Shown here: in pieces, positions 101,601 through 109,700 of the stretch
How positions within the stretch are numbered: the first letter of the stretch is position 1
Layout: each line of letters starts with the position of its first letter
Origin: Hyalangium minutum
GTDB taxonomy: Bacteria; Myxococcota; Myxococcia; Myxococcales; Myxococcaceae
NCBI RefSeq assembly: GCF_000737315.1
Contig: NZ_JMCB01000001.1
Coordinates: 20,001 to 268,000 of the forward strand
Reading direction: 5' to 3'
DNA: 248,000 nt
Notes under the pieces: model-generated
What the model saw: the letters and a program-made list of their open reading frames with translations, nothing else
Database searches by the model: none
What the model was told of the DNA's origin: nothing
Made by a program: the position numbers and the translations under genes

Positions 101601-103749
101601 CCCCCGTTACACCGGCCTGGGCTTCACCGCCCATGGCACGCGCGAGGGCATGGAGTTGCTCGAGGCGGCGCTGTCCCTCCCCGACACGACGAGCGTCATG
101701 CCCTGCGTGGTGAACCGCGCCACCTTGCGGCTGGATCGGATGCTGTCCACCCAGGGAGCAGAGCCCGCCGCCCCCGCACGGGCTCCCCAGGCGGCCCCCG
101801 CCGCGCCCGCCCAGGCCGACACGCCGACCCCCACCGCAGCGCGTGCTCCGGCGGTGGACCTGTTCGCCGCCACGCGGGAGCTGATCCTGGAGCTGCTGTC
101901 CCGCGAGCTGATGATCGACAAGGCCCGCTTCCAGGGGGACGCGCCCTTTGGAGACTACGGCGTGGACTCCATCGTCATCGCGGATCTGGTGACCAAGATG
102001 GAGCGCTTCACCGGCAAGCCGGTGGACCCCTCGATCATCCTCGAGCACTCCACGCTCGACACGCTCAGCCACTACCTGAGCGAGGCATTCCAGCCGGGCC
102101 TGGAGGCCTTCCTGGCGCGCGGCAGCACCGGCGCTGGCGCCCCTGCGCCGCAGGCCTCACCGCTGCCGGTGGCTCCTTCGGCGCCAGTGCCGCCTCCGGT
102201 GCCGCTCCCAGAGAGCCAGCCCGCCGCGCCCCCCGCGCTGGTGACGACGGCGGGCTCCACGCCTCGCCAGAAGATTGCCGTCATCGGTGCGGCCTGCCGC
102301 GTCCCGGGGGCGGAGAGCCTGGAGGCCTACTGGGAGAACCTGCGCACCGGCCGATTCAGCATCAGCGAGGTGCCGCGCTCGCGCTGGAACAGCGACGAGC
102401 TGTACCGCCCCCACCATGAGAAGGGGAAGAGCATCAGCAAGTGGGGGGGCTTCCTCGACGGCATCGAGCTCTTCGATCCTGGCTACTTCGGCATCCCCGA
102501 GGAGGACGCGGCCCACATGGACCCGCTCATCCGCCTCTTCCTGGAGTGCAGCGAGCAGACGCTGCGCAACGCCGGCTACGCGAAGACGGATCTCTGGAAC
102601 CGGCGGGTGGGCACCTTCGTGGGCTCGGGCACCAGCACCTATGGCACCCGCATCCTCGTGCCCAGCCGCAGCACCGCCACCGGGCTGAACCAGAACTTCA
102701 TTGGCGCGCACGTGGCCCACGTCTTCAACTTCAAGGGCCCCAACATGGTGGTGGACACGGCCTGCTCGTCCTCGCTGACGAGCATCTACCTGGCCTGCCA
102801 GAGCCTCGCCGCGGGTGAGTGCGAGCTCGCTCTTGCCGGTGGCGTGGACGTCCTGCTCGACGAGGTGCCCTACCTGAAGCTGAGCGAGGCCAAGGCGCTC
102901 TCGCCGGACGGCCGCTGCCACACGTTCGACGTGAAGGCCAACGGCTTCGTGCCGGGCGAGGGCGTGGGCGCCATTCTGCTCAAGCCACTGGAACGGGCCC
103001 TCGCGGATGGAGACCGCATCCTCTCCGTCATCGAGGCGTGCGCCATGAACAACGACGGCCACACCATGGGCCTCACCACCCCCAACATGCAGGCGCAGCA
103101 GGAGGTGGTGCAGCAGGCCCTGGAGAAGGCGGGCGTCAGCGCCCGCACCGTCACCTACGTGGAGACGCACGGCACGGGGACGATGATCGGCGATCCCATC
103201 GAGCTCAAGGGCCTGATGAACGTGTTCCGGCGTGACACCGCCGACAACCAGTTCTGCGCGGTGGGCAGCGTGAAGACGAACATCGGCCACCTGATGCTCG
103301 CCGCCGGGATCGCGGGCTTCATCAAGCTGACGCTCTCGCTCCAGCACCGGCTCATCCCGCCCACGCTGCACTGCGACGAGCCCAACCCGCGCTTCGCCTT
103401 CCAGACCTCCCCCTTCATGCCCGCCCTCACGGCCCGTGAGTGGGTGCCGTATCAGGGGGTGCGCCGCGCGGGCATCAGCGCGTTCGGCTTCGGGGGCACC
103501 AACTGCCACATCCTCGTCCGGGACTTCGATCCGGCCGACCATGCGGGCTACCAGGTCCGGCGCGTGGCGCTGCCGCCCGCGGAGTTCCGCAAGAAGCGGT
103601 ACTGGTTCGAGAAGCCCTCGTCGACGCCCGTCGCCCCAGGCCACCCTGCCCCTCTGCCCGTCCGCGAGCCCACCGCCCCCAACACCCTGCGCCCCAACCC
103701 GCTCAACGGGGCCCGCAAGCTCCTCGTCCTGGAGGACTCCGGCCCATGA
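89692..103749 (+). CDS. Trans-AT PKS1: MaoC-DH, KR, FkbH, ACP, KS1-DH-KR-ACP, KS2-KR-ACP, KS3
   Basis: NPLH...VHG, GGSRGLG, DCDNTLW FkbH motif, three DTACS/HGTGT KS, no cis-AT. Confidence 0.93.
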   Translation: MSPASTLNEVRFTRGELEQFCQASLDTNPLHLSDDYARKSPYGARIVHGILGALTLLGRLRERPQQRLARLELRFLNPLFLDQPYRLSIQEPTPDKTLATLFDGGRELLQLVAHFHTGPLARPPAADTPARAPREQPAELGLEDLRAGQLLEEDYSPRWSVLTDLIHQLGVTGKGVDVQQAAVLAWSSYLIGMEVPGRQALYSRLDADFDAVAGEASSLHCRTEVQSVEKQFGLVRLRARVGAGTPIASLELRAFVRPELPPSSVELLTRLQPESRVLAGKVALVIGGSRGLGAALVQALALQGCTVYLNYLKSEREAAAVRDALGARASAVHLLQGDGSDLEWCQRAQAEILGRHGRLDLLLCNACLPLQPLRVEPDPTSRLTEYVRKSLALVHAPLSCFLEELARQKGQAVVLSSSAVREPLAGWPHYVSAKCAIEGLARTAALEYPQVSVIVARPPRLLTELTNTPLGNDSALRPEAVATSLVRSLLTAPSTGQVVMLEDFTDTASVRPPTEAPPPAQEQAAPQEKAASQEKAVPQEQKTAPRRKLAIAATFTAEPLQESLEFWGEELKLGLEVEFAPYNQIFQELLAPSSLLSGNAEGLNVLLLRPEDWVHYEHADGRDDHGPAHPAERDFATFSQKVERSTGDLIAAVKTHKARSKAPLLVCLCPSTPELLRHKGYALFLRRIEERLERELKAQPGTYVLQAAAFAEQYPVSQYHDEVRDQMGHIPYTPAYFSVLGTLVTRALHSILTPPFKVIVLDCDNTLWKGVCGEDGPQGVDISPSYRYLQEQMVRQQAQGMILCLCSKNVESDVIEVFKQRPEMALKLEHITTHRINWLPKSQNLRSLAEELNVGLDSFIFLDDNPVEIAEVKAACPQVLALTVPKEAEALPTLVDHIWAFDRLVVTEEDKKRTQMYRQNKERDTYQQSATSFGEFLHGLGLDIRITEMTAAQRPRVSQLTQRTNQFNFTTVRRSEAELQQLVDAGTHQIWTTQVSDRFGDYGLVGVVISRRDADRISVDSFMLSCRVLGRGVEHAMLARLGQLALDSGLEWVEATFTPTAKNPPALRFLEAAGSQFRQEAEGRSIFRFPAQYAATVTFSPDKVDQQDLELAANADKGGKPTAPASMDASRLERLERITRELSEPRRIHERVSAYHAARRAGPLPAPEVRPTEPAMSAAAAPPSNAPSAPSAPGEPDEAALLRATVDFLQGIFGRFLSAARTGVKLDTHFEALGLTSFSIIDITVALEDELGSLPKTLLFEHKTLGSLARYLFTERRADLLRKVKPTAAPAAVPVPVPALMPTASLERPHSQETASGPSSKTDIAIIGISGRYPQARNLHEFWESLRAGRSNITEVPADRWEHSRFYDPSGKKRDKSYTKWGGFVEGVGEFDSLFFNISPKEAEQMDPQQRLFLEVVYEAVEDAGYTRRTLGRNVGVYAGVMANNYLLFSAEAALAGHSPYPYADNYQVANRISYFFDFSGPSLSIDTACSASGVALHTACEALRSGACSVAIAGGVNLILHPYRSVQYSQMTMLSRDERCRAFGSDAQGFVMGEGVGAVLLKPLAQALKDGDHIYGLIKGSAVNHGGRTSGFTVPNPTAQGELVAEALKRGGVDARSISYVEAHGTGTPLGDPIEVRGLTAAFRQDTADTGFCAIGSVKPNIGHLEPAAAIAGLTKVLLQMRHGTLVPSLNSEQLNPYIDFESSPFRVQRERAEWKRPRWKRQGVTVEAPRRAGLSSFGAGGVNAHLVVEEYVHEPTSATQGPQLIVLSAKNAERLRESLERLQRALTHPPQAPAHLRPSLGDIAYTLQVGRESFEERVALIVQDLEELSRKLEKLAVGEKGVEGVFTGNIKNRGAVDTLGEGEEALAFTQALIRNGRLDKLAQLWTQGAELPWEQLHAGQKRRRVPLPTYPFARTRHWLPESGLLSGPRPVEPREARLAPTRPHPMIDRERSSPEGQRFETRWDGSEFYLRDHVVAARKTLPGVAYLELARAAGALARGAGVARLRAMVWSQPILVPGAPVEAQVALHAVKHGTDVTISTGTSDGNRVVHARCRLGDEHLEALSAPPLLDLESLRQRCTHRKSQEQVYADFIAQGFTYGPTFQAVVEHLSSESEALSLLELPATAGEPDHFGLHPSLLDGALQTIIAKVRGNETYLPFALDELTQYGPLPRRCHAYVRFEREDAEQLRCNVRLLDETGRTLVALDGLTLRALKPKSVETAPSGAPLYRPVWERVSAPAFELPSRDTTFLLFDEGEERFQAWTRFLGERGLPAESVHLATPGPRYAALGGQRYQLRPEEPADHLALLQALPGAGPLVVLHAWRPREQEPTSPLQGAGLGSLLATSQALLTLKQRPELRLLALCATDEDSPLSAAVGGFIRSLAQESTRLQPRAIQLADPAIASDVGRLLGELRAGGELEVRLDASGRLVRRFQRATSPVTSRSVLREKGVYLITGGMGGLGLIFARHLVERYRASVVLTGRSALREEQQRTLESLQAQGAQLLYLRADITQAADIDWMMREVRARFGHLHGVLHSAGVIEDAYLSQKSRESFARVLAPKLAGTWLLDLATAREPLDFFVTFSSVASVFGSAGQTDYATANRFLDAQATSRAALVRAGQRSGVTLSLNWPLWQEGGMRVGADVVELTARTTGLRPLATATGLQAFEEALRLGEPQLAVLHGDRARIEQALEPGAGATRALEPTPAGNLPVFVPPAGAAHPARLSHEELLRRLQDFLLRKSSELLKVNVADIDPDDDMSDYGFDSISLTELANALNETFDLALTPVVFFENPAISGLARFLMERHRDAFAAHYDAEAHAAAGLAAAPAPAAAAEPAPLLASAPMPAPRPLQAEPRPSVLTAPSARLSQEARPATAEPIAIIGMAGVFPQSPDLETFWKNLLAGKDLIREVPEERWDWKAWYGDPKREPNKTTCKWGGFIDEVDAFDALFFNISPREAQFMDPQQRIFLETAWRAIEDAGYSPQRLSGSATGVFTGVTLHDYLELIQQSGLDIVAHTSTGNVHSIVPNRLSYLLNLRGPSEPIDTACSSSLVALHRAVRALQAGDCELAIAGGINVLLSPTMFVSFSKAGMLASDGRCKTFDARADGYVRGEGAGVVLLKPLSKAEADGDTIHAIIRGTAVNHGGHAHSLTAPNPNAQAELLVTAHERAGFSPDTVGYIETHGTGTELGDPIEIEGLKKAFSQLAERRGLPGWNGATCGLGAVKTNVGHLECASGMAGLLKTLLAMRHRMLPPNLHFEQLNPYIDLKGSPFYVVDTPRAWEPLKDRHGQPLPLRAGISSFGFGGVNAHVVIEEYVPRPRPPAEAAPQLFILSAREGERLKEYARRLRDSVAARLDRKDEQVSLADMAYTLQVGRDVMDTRLAIIAQSEQELVARLDAFLADKAAPDAVFTGQRPARKQASALVFGDDEDDKAYLRSLLGKGKLAKLASLWVQGQELDWTFLHEGRLRRRVELPTYPFAREKHWLPRVRPVEGTPTLTRAAPVAQAPAPQAPAPQAPAPAEVPTPPPGEKLLLVKRWRPAPAPVTAPTLRGMYLVLLNGEGAIDVLKDLGSQPECQWIAIKGASGLPRLTAREYELDFSDGEQGTRLITELLSRHPQVNGLVDLSDVYAAPRVSPDRDAGKVAVLQGLLRHTGQAPLRILHFTHGLVPFENTVPTLAGATVAGIVRMLGAEYGRVRAVTVDVDLSCDRSEELLALVAAEASADTGMGEVCYRKGTRYLPYLEEVAVSAPGEATRLGPFPVDPARTYVITGGTGGLGFEAARTLVAKGARRLALLGARTLPPRDSWSSLLASSSTEQDVATRVRRVLELEQAGAQVALYHGPLSDEPRLAAFFSDTRKRLGAIAGVIHCAGIVSQRPPSFSQKGLEDMRRVWEPKVRGLIVLSGVLKADTPDFFLLYSSVSAVVPSLAVGMADYASANGFLDAFAAYQAGKSRTRFLALNWPSWKDTGMGEISSPRYTGLGFTAHGTREGMELLEAALSLPDTTSVMPCVVNRATLRLDRMLSTQGAEPAAPARAPQAAPAAPAQADTPTPTAARAPAVDLFAATRELILELLSRELMIDKARFQGDAPFGDYGVDSIVIADLVTKMERFTGKPVDPSIILEHSTLDTLSHYLSEAFQPGLEAFLARGSTGAGAPAPQASPLPVAPSAPVPPPVPLPESQPAAPPALVTTAGSTPRQKIAVIGAACRVPGAESLEAYWENLRTGRFSISEVPRSRWNSDELYRPHHEKGKSISKWGGFLDGIELFDPGYFGIPEEDAAHMDPLIRLFLECSEQTLRNAGYAKTDLWNRRVGTFVGSGTSTYGTRILVPSRSTATGLNQNFIGAHVAHVFNFKGPNMVVDTACSSSLTSIYLACQSLAAGECELALAGGVDVLLDEVPYLKLSEAKALSPDGRCHTFDVKANGFVPGEGVGAILLKPLERALADGDRILSVIEACAMNNDGHTMGLTTPNMQAQQEVVQQALEKAGVSARTVTYVETHGTGTMIGDPIELKGLMNVFRRDTADNQFCAVGSVKTNIGHLMLAAGIAGFIKLTLSLQHRLIPPTLHCDEPNPRFAFQTSPFMPALTAREWVPYQGVRRAGISAFGFGGTNCHILVRDFDPADHAGYQVRRVALPPAEFRKKRYWFEKPSSTPVAPGHPAPLPVREPTAPNTLRPNPLNGARKLLVLEDSGP

Positions 103750-106700
103750 GCCCCACGATCGTGAACCCGCCCGTGATGGCCCTCTCGTCCAAGCGTCTCA
103801 AGACGACCGTCCTCTTCGAGGACTACATGGTGCGCGATCACCTCGTGCACGGGGTGCGCATCCTCCCCGGCGTCTTCTTCCTGGATCTCACCTACCGGAT
103901 GGCCCGCCAGCAGGGGCTGGAGCCAGGCCAGGTGGAGCTGCGCCGGTGCCTCTTCATCGAGCCCATCGCCGTCACCGAGAGCTACGACAAGCAGGTGCGG
104001 CTCTCCGTCGAGCCGCAGGGGGATCACGCCGCCATCTCGGTGGAGAGCCGCAAGGTGAAGGACGGCGTCGCCCTCGAGGAGCAGTGGACCGCCAACTTCA
104101 CCTGTGAGCTTCACCAGGTCCCACGGGAGCCGAGGGCCCCGCTGGACATCGCTCGCCTCCGGGCCACCGCCACGCGCCGGGCGGACGCGGACGAGCTGTA
104201 TGCCTTCGCCCGCTCGGTGGACATCGACCACCAGGAGTTCATGAAGGCCCTGGGCACGCTGCACTACGGCCAAGGCTGGCTGCTGGCCGAGGTGACGCTG
104301 AGCGAGCTCGCGCAAGGCTACCTGGAGCACTTCCACGTCCACCCAGCCTACCTGGACTTCTCCACGCTGATGCCGTTCTGCCTCTTCGAGAAGGACGCGG
104401 CGGAGCGGCAGCCCTTCATCCCCATCTTCATCGACGCGTTCCGCGCCCATGGCCCGCTGAGCCGCACCTGCGTTGCCTACGTGGAGCAGACCGGTCAGCA
104501 GAGCCTCTCCGGCGACACCGTCCACAGCGACATCCGGCTGTTCAGCCCCGAGGGGGAGCTGCTCGTCCACTTCCGGAACTTCCGCGCGAAGAAGATCCGC
104601 ACCCGGAACCTCATCACCCAGCACCAGGCCCCGAGCCAAGCGCCCGAGCCCGCCCGTCCAGCGCTCACGCCGGTCGCTCCGCCTGCAGCCCCGCGCCCCA
104701 GCGCTTCCGCGTCCCCACTGGAGCGGGTCCAGGCAGAGCTGCGCTCGCTGGTGAGCCGCGCCCTGAAGCGTCTCCCCGAGGACGTGGACGTGAACGCGGG
104801 CTTCTACGAGCAGGGGCTCGCCTCGGTGGATCTGCTGCAGATCGTCCGTGCCCTGGAGGCCCGGCTTGGGCGCGAGCTGTATCCCACGCTCCTCTTCGAG
104901 TACACCACCGTCTCGGCCCTTGCGGGCTACCTCGTGGAGCAGTTCGGGGATCTGCTCGCCAGGCCCTCCGAGTCCGCTCCCGCCGAGCCCCCGCCCCCGC
105001 CCCCGCAGGCCGCCGCTGCAGCGGCTCCCGCGGCAACGTCCCCCGCCGTGGAGTCCTCGAAGCCGGCGCCGCGCGCGCCCGCCGCGCGAGAGGAGGCGGA
105101 TGAGGATGAGATCGCCATCGTGGGCGTCGCGGGACGCTACCCGCAGGCACGCGACCTGGACGAGTTCTGGGCCAACCTGAAGGCAGGCCGGGACTGCATC
105201 ACCGAGATCCCCCGCTCCCGGTGGGAGGTGGAGCGCTACTTCGATTCCGAGCGTGGCAAGCCGGGCCGCACCTACAGCCGGTGGGGTGGCTTCATCGACG
105301 GCGTGGACGAGTTCGATCCGCTCTTCTTCAACATCTCGCCGCGCGAGGCCGAGATGATGGATCCCCAGGAGCGCGTCTTCCTGGAGACAGCCTGGGCCGC
105401 GCTGGAAGATGCGGGCTACACGCGCGAGCGGCTGGGCACGGGCAAGGGCAATGACATCGGCGTCTTCGCCGGGGTGATGTGGAGCGACTACCAGCTCTTC
105501 GGCCTGGAGGAGATCCTCAAGGGCAACCCGGTGGTCGCCGGCTCGTGGTTCTCCTCGGTGGCCAACCGGATCTCCTATTTCCTGAACCTGCAGGGCCCGA
105601 GCGTCCCAGTGGACACGGCATGCTCCTCGTCGCTCTACGCCATCCACCTGGCGTGCGAGAGCATCAAGCGCGGCGAGTGCAGCGCGGCGCTCGTGGGTGG
105701 CGTCAACGCCTCCCTGCACTTCTCGAAGTACCTCAAGCTGAGCGAGCTGCAGATGCTGTCGACGGACGGGCGCTGCCGGACGTTCGGCAAGGGTGGCAAT
105801 GGCTACGTCCCCGGCGAGGGGGTGGGTGCCGTGCTCCTCAAGCCGCTGAAGCGAGCGATCGCCGACAGAGACACCATCCACGCCGTCATCAAGTCCACGG
105901 CGGTCAACCACGGAGGCCGCACCAGTGGCTTCTCCGTGCCAAGCCCGGACGCACAGGCGCGGCTCATCCGGGATGCGCTGGAGAAGGCCCGCATCCCCGC
106001 CTCCACGGTGAGCTACATCGAAGCACATGGCACGGGCACCTCGCTGGGTGACCCCATCGAGATCGCGGGCCTGACGAGCGCCTTCCGCGGCGACAGCACG
106101 GAGAAGGGCTTCTGCGCGGTGGGCTCGGTGAAGTCCAACATCGGCCACCTGGAGGCCGCGGCGGGCATCGCTGGGCTGACCAAAGTGCTGCTGTGCATGA
106201 GGCACCGCACGCTGGTGCCCTCCCTGCACTCGCGGGAGCTCAACCCCAGCATCCCCTTCGCGGACACTCCCTTCTACGTGCCGCAGGAAGCACGTGCGTG
106301 GGAGAAGCGCACGGGTCATCCCCGCCGCGCGGGCATCAGCTCCTTCGGCGCGGGCGGCTCCAATGCCCACATCCTCTTGGAGGAGTATGAGGATCCACGG
106401 GTGGGACGCGAGGCCGCCTCGGCGCTCCCGCAGCTGGTGGTGCTGTCCGCACGCACCCCAGAGCGCCTCCAGGAGTCCGCGCGGAAGCTGCGCGACTTCC
106501 TAGAAGCCCATGGGGAGGCACGGCTGGAGGACCTCGCGTACACCCTGCAGGTGGGCCGCGAGACGATGGAGGCGCGGCTCGCCGTGGTGGCGCAGGACAA
106601 GGCGGAGCTGCGCAAGGCGCTGGAAGGCTACCTCGACGGCACCCCGGAGGGAGCGCGACGGGTCCTCAGCGGCCAGGTGAAGCGGGGCGCCAGCGGCGCC

Positions 106701-109700
106701 GGAAGCGAGAGCGAGGATCACGCCTACCACCAGTCGCTGTGGCAGGGCGGAAAGCTGGCCCGGCTCGCAGCCCTGTGGACGGAGGGCACGGAGATCACCT
106801 GGTCCCGGCTGGAGCACTCCCCCACGCTGAGGCGCATTCCGCTGCCCACGTACCCCTTCGCCCGCCGGCGCTGCTGGATCCCTCAGGTGGCCTCGTCGCG
106901 GGGAGCAGGTGCCTCGGCGGCCCCGGTGCTGCACCCGCTGATCGACGCCAACACCTCCACGTTGAAGGGTCCGCGCTTCCTCAAGCGGCTCACGGCCACC
107001 GAGTTCTATGTGGCCGATCACATCGTCCGTGAGCAGCGGCTGCTGCCGGGCGTGGTGTCGCTGGAGATGGCCCGGGCCGCGGGTGCGCTGGCTTCCGAGA
107101 CCGGGATCTCCCACCTGCGGAATGTCCTCTGGGCCAGCCCGCTCGTCGTGGACTCGCCGCGGGACGTGACCGTCCGGCTCAGCGCTGGCGGCGCCCATGT
107201 CGAGTTCGAGGTGGTGACGGGCTCGGGCGAGGAGGCCACCGTGCACGCGCTCGGCAAGCTCTATTCCTCTTCCGGGGAGGCACAGCAGCCCCCAGCTCCC
107301 GTCTCGATCGATGAGATCCAGCGGCGCTGCGCCCAGGTGCTCTCCGACGAGGCTGTCTACTCCGGGTTCGTGGCGCGGGGCTTCCGGTACGGCCCGGGCC
107401 TGCGAGCCATTCACGAGCTGCGCACTGGGCCGGGTGAGGCCCTCGCCGAGCTGCGCCTGCCCGAGCATCTCCAGGCAGAGGCCAGCGCCTATGTCCTGCA
107501 CCCCGCCCTCCTCGACGGTGCGCTCCAGGCGGTCTCCGGCCTGACGCCCCCCGCCTCGGGCGGCGAGGGCGAGCTGCTGCCTTTCTCCGTGGGAGAGCTG
107601 CGGCTCCACAGCCCCATCCCCTCGCGCTGCTTCGTCCACGTCACCGTGGGAGAGCCCAAGGAGAGCACCGGCACGCCTACCCGCTTCCACCTGCGCCTGC
107701 TCGATGAGGCCGGCCGAACGCTCGTCAGCCTGCGGGACTTCACGCTGCGAAGGGTGGCGCGAGAGGAGCTCCCGGTACAGCGCCCCGTGGAGAATCCTGA
107801 GGGGCTGCTGATCTACGAGCCCCACTGGGAAGAGACCCCCGTGCCTGCTCCGTACATCCCCTCGGGCGGAGACGCCCAGCGCCCCTTCCTCGTCTTCGAG
107901 CGGGAGGAGGCGCACTCGCAAGGGCTCCGGCGCCAGCTGCGCGAGCGCTCCGGTGAGGCGCCCATCATCCGGGTGCAGCCCGGCGAGGGCTTCCGCTGCC
108001 TCTCTCCGGAGCACTATCAGATCACTCCGGCTCGCGAGGAGGACTACCGCCAGCTGTGGGAGGCGCTCCGCGAGCGGGGACTCCAGCCCGCGGCCCTCTT
108101 CCACCTCTGGAACCACGAGGCGCGCCCACTCGCCTTCGACACGGCCTCGAGTGCCGAGACCGTGTCCACCGAGCTCCAGGAGCAGCTGCGCCTGGGGCTC
108201 CAATCGCTCTTCCTGCTTGCACGGACCCTGCCTGGGCTCCGGCTGCGGGAGCGGCTGCCCGTCATCTACGCCTTCCAGGGCGAGGGCGAGCAGCCGCAGC
108301 ACTCGGCCGTCGCGGGCTTCGCGCGAAGCGTGGCGCTGGAGAACCCCAAGCTGCGGGTGCGGGTGGTACGGTTCGCCCCGCGCCAGGCTGAGGTCCCCGC
108401 AGACTGGGATGCGCTCCTGCGCGAGCTGCAGCCGCCCGAGCAGACGGAGGTCCGTATCGGCTCCGCCGGCCGGCAGGTGCGGCGCTTCGCTCCCGTGGCG
108501 CCCCCTGCCTCTGGCACGAGCGCCCGGCCGGGGCTGCTCCGTCCACGCGGGGTGTATCTGCTCACGGGGGGCGCAGGCGGACTGGGGCTCGTCTTCGCCC
108601 GGTACCTGGCTCGCGAGGCCCAGGCCCGTGTGGCCCTACTGGGCCGCTCTCCGCTGGATGCGGCCCGGAGGGCTTCGCTCTCCGAGCTGGAGGCGATGGG
108701 TGCCGAGGTGCTGTACCTGAGCGCCGACGTGGCCGATCCCGCGGCGCTGCAGACAGCCGTCACCCGCGTGCGGGAGCGGTTCGGCGCGCTCCACGGCATC
108801 ATCCACGCCGCCGGCGTCATCGAGGACGCCATGGCCGTCAACAAGCCCTTGAATTCCTTCCAGCGGGTGCTCACCCCGAAGATCCAGGGGACGCTGAACC
108901 TCGACGCCGCCACCCGGGAAGTGCCGCTCGACTTCCTGGTGCTGTTCTCCTCCGCCTCCGCTGTCTTCGGCAGCATGGGGCAGACGGACTACGCCGCGGG
109001 CAACCAGTTCATGGACGCGTTCGCAACCCTGCGCGAGGAGCTGCGCGAGCGCGGCCTGCGGAGCGGACGCACGCTCTCGCTCAACTGGCCGCTGTGGCGC
109101 GAGGGCGGCATGCGCATCCAGCCCGAGGTGGAGGAGATGATCCTCCGCAACACGGGACTGAAGGTGTTGGAGACCGGGCGAGGCCTTACCGCCTTCTCGC
109201 TGGCCCAGGCGCTCCCCGGCTCCCAGCTCATGCTGCTGGAGGGCGATCCCGCCGTCATCCACAAGCGCATCGAGCTGGCCACCCAGCCCGTCGTCCGGCC
109301 CCAGCGCTCCGCCCCGCCGCCCCCCGCCGCGCCGGAGCCCGCCGTGGCCGAGCGCGCCGTGGCCCCTCCGACCCTCGAAACGCTCCAGTCCCACCTCGAG
109401 CAGGATCTGAGCGAAACCTGCTCGGCGTTGCTCAAGGTCTCCACGAGCGAGCTCGACGCCGAGGCGGACTTCAGCGACTACGGCGTGGACTCGTTGATGA
109501 TCATGCGGATCCTCGATCACCTCGAGGAGCGCTACACCGTGAGCCTCGATCCGAGTGCCCTCACAGAGCACCCCTCCATTCGCTCCCTGGCGAAGCACCT
109601 CGTGGCTGAGCACCGCGGCCACGTGGAGGCGAGGCTCGCCACGCCTGCCCAGGCTCCAGAGCCTGTCCAGCCCCTCGCCGCCCCCGCCTCGCCGCCTCCT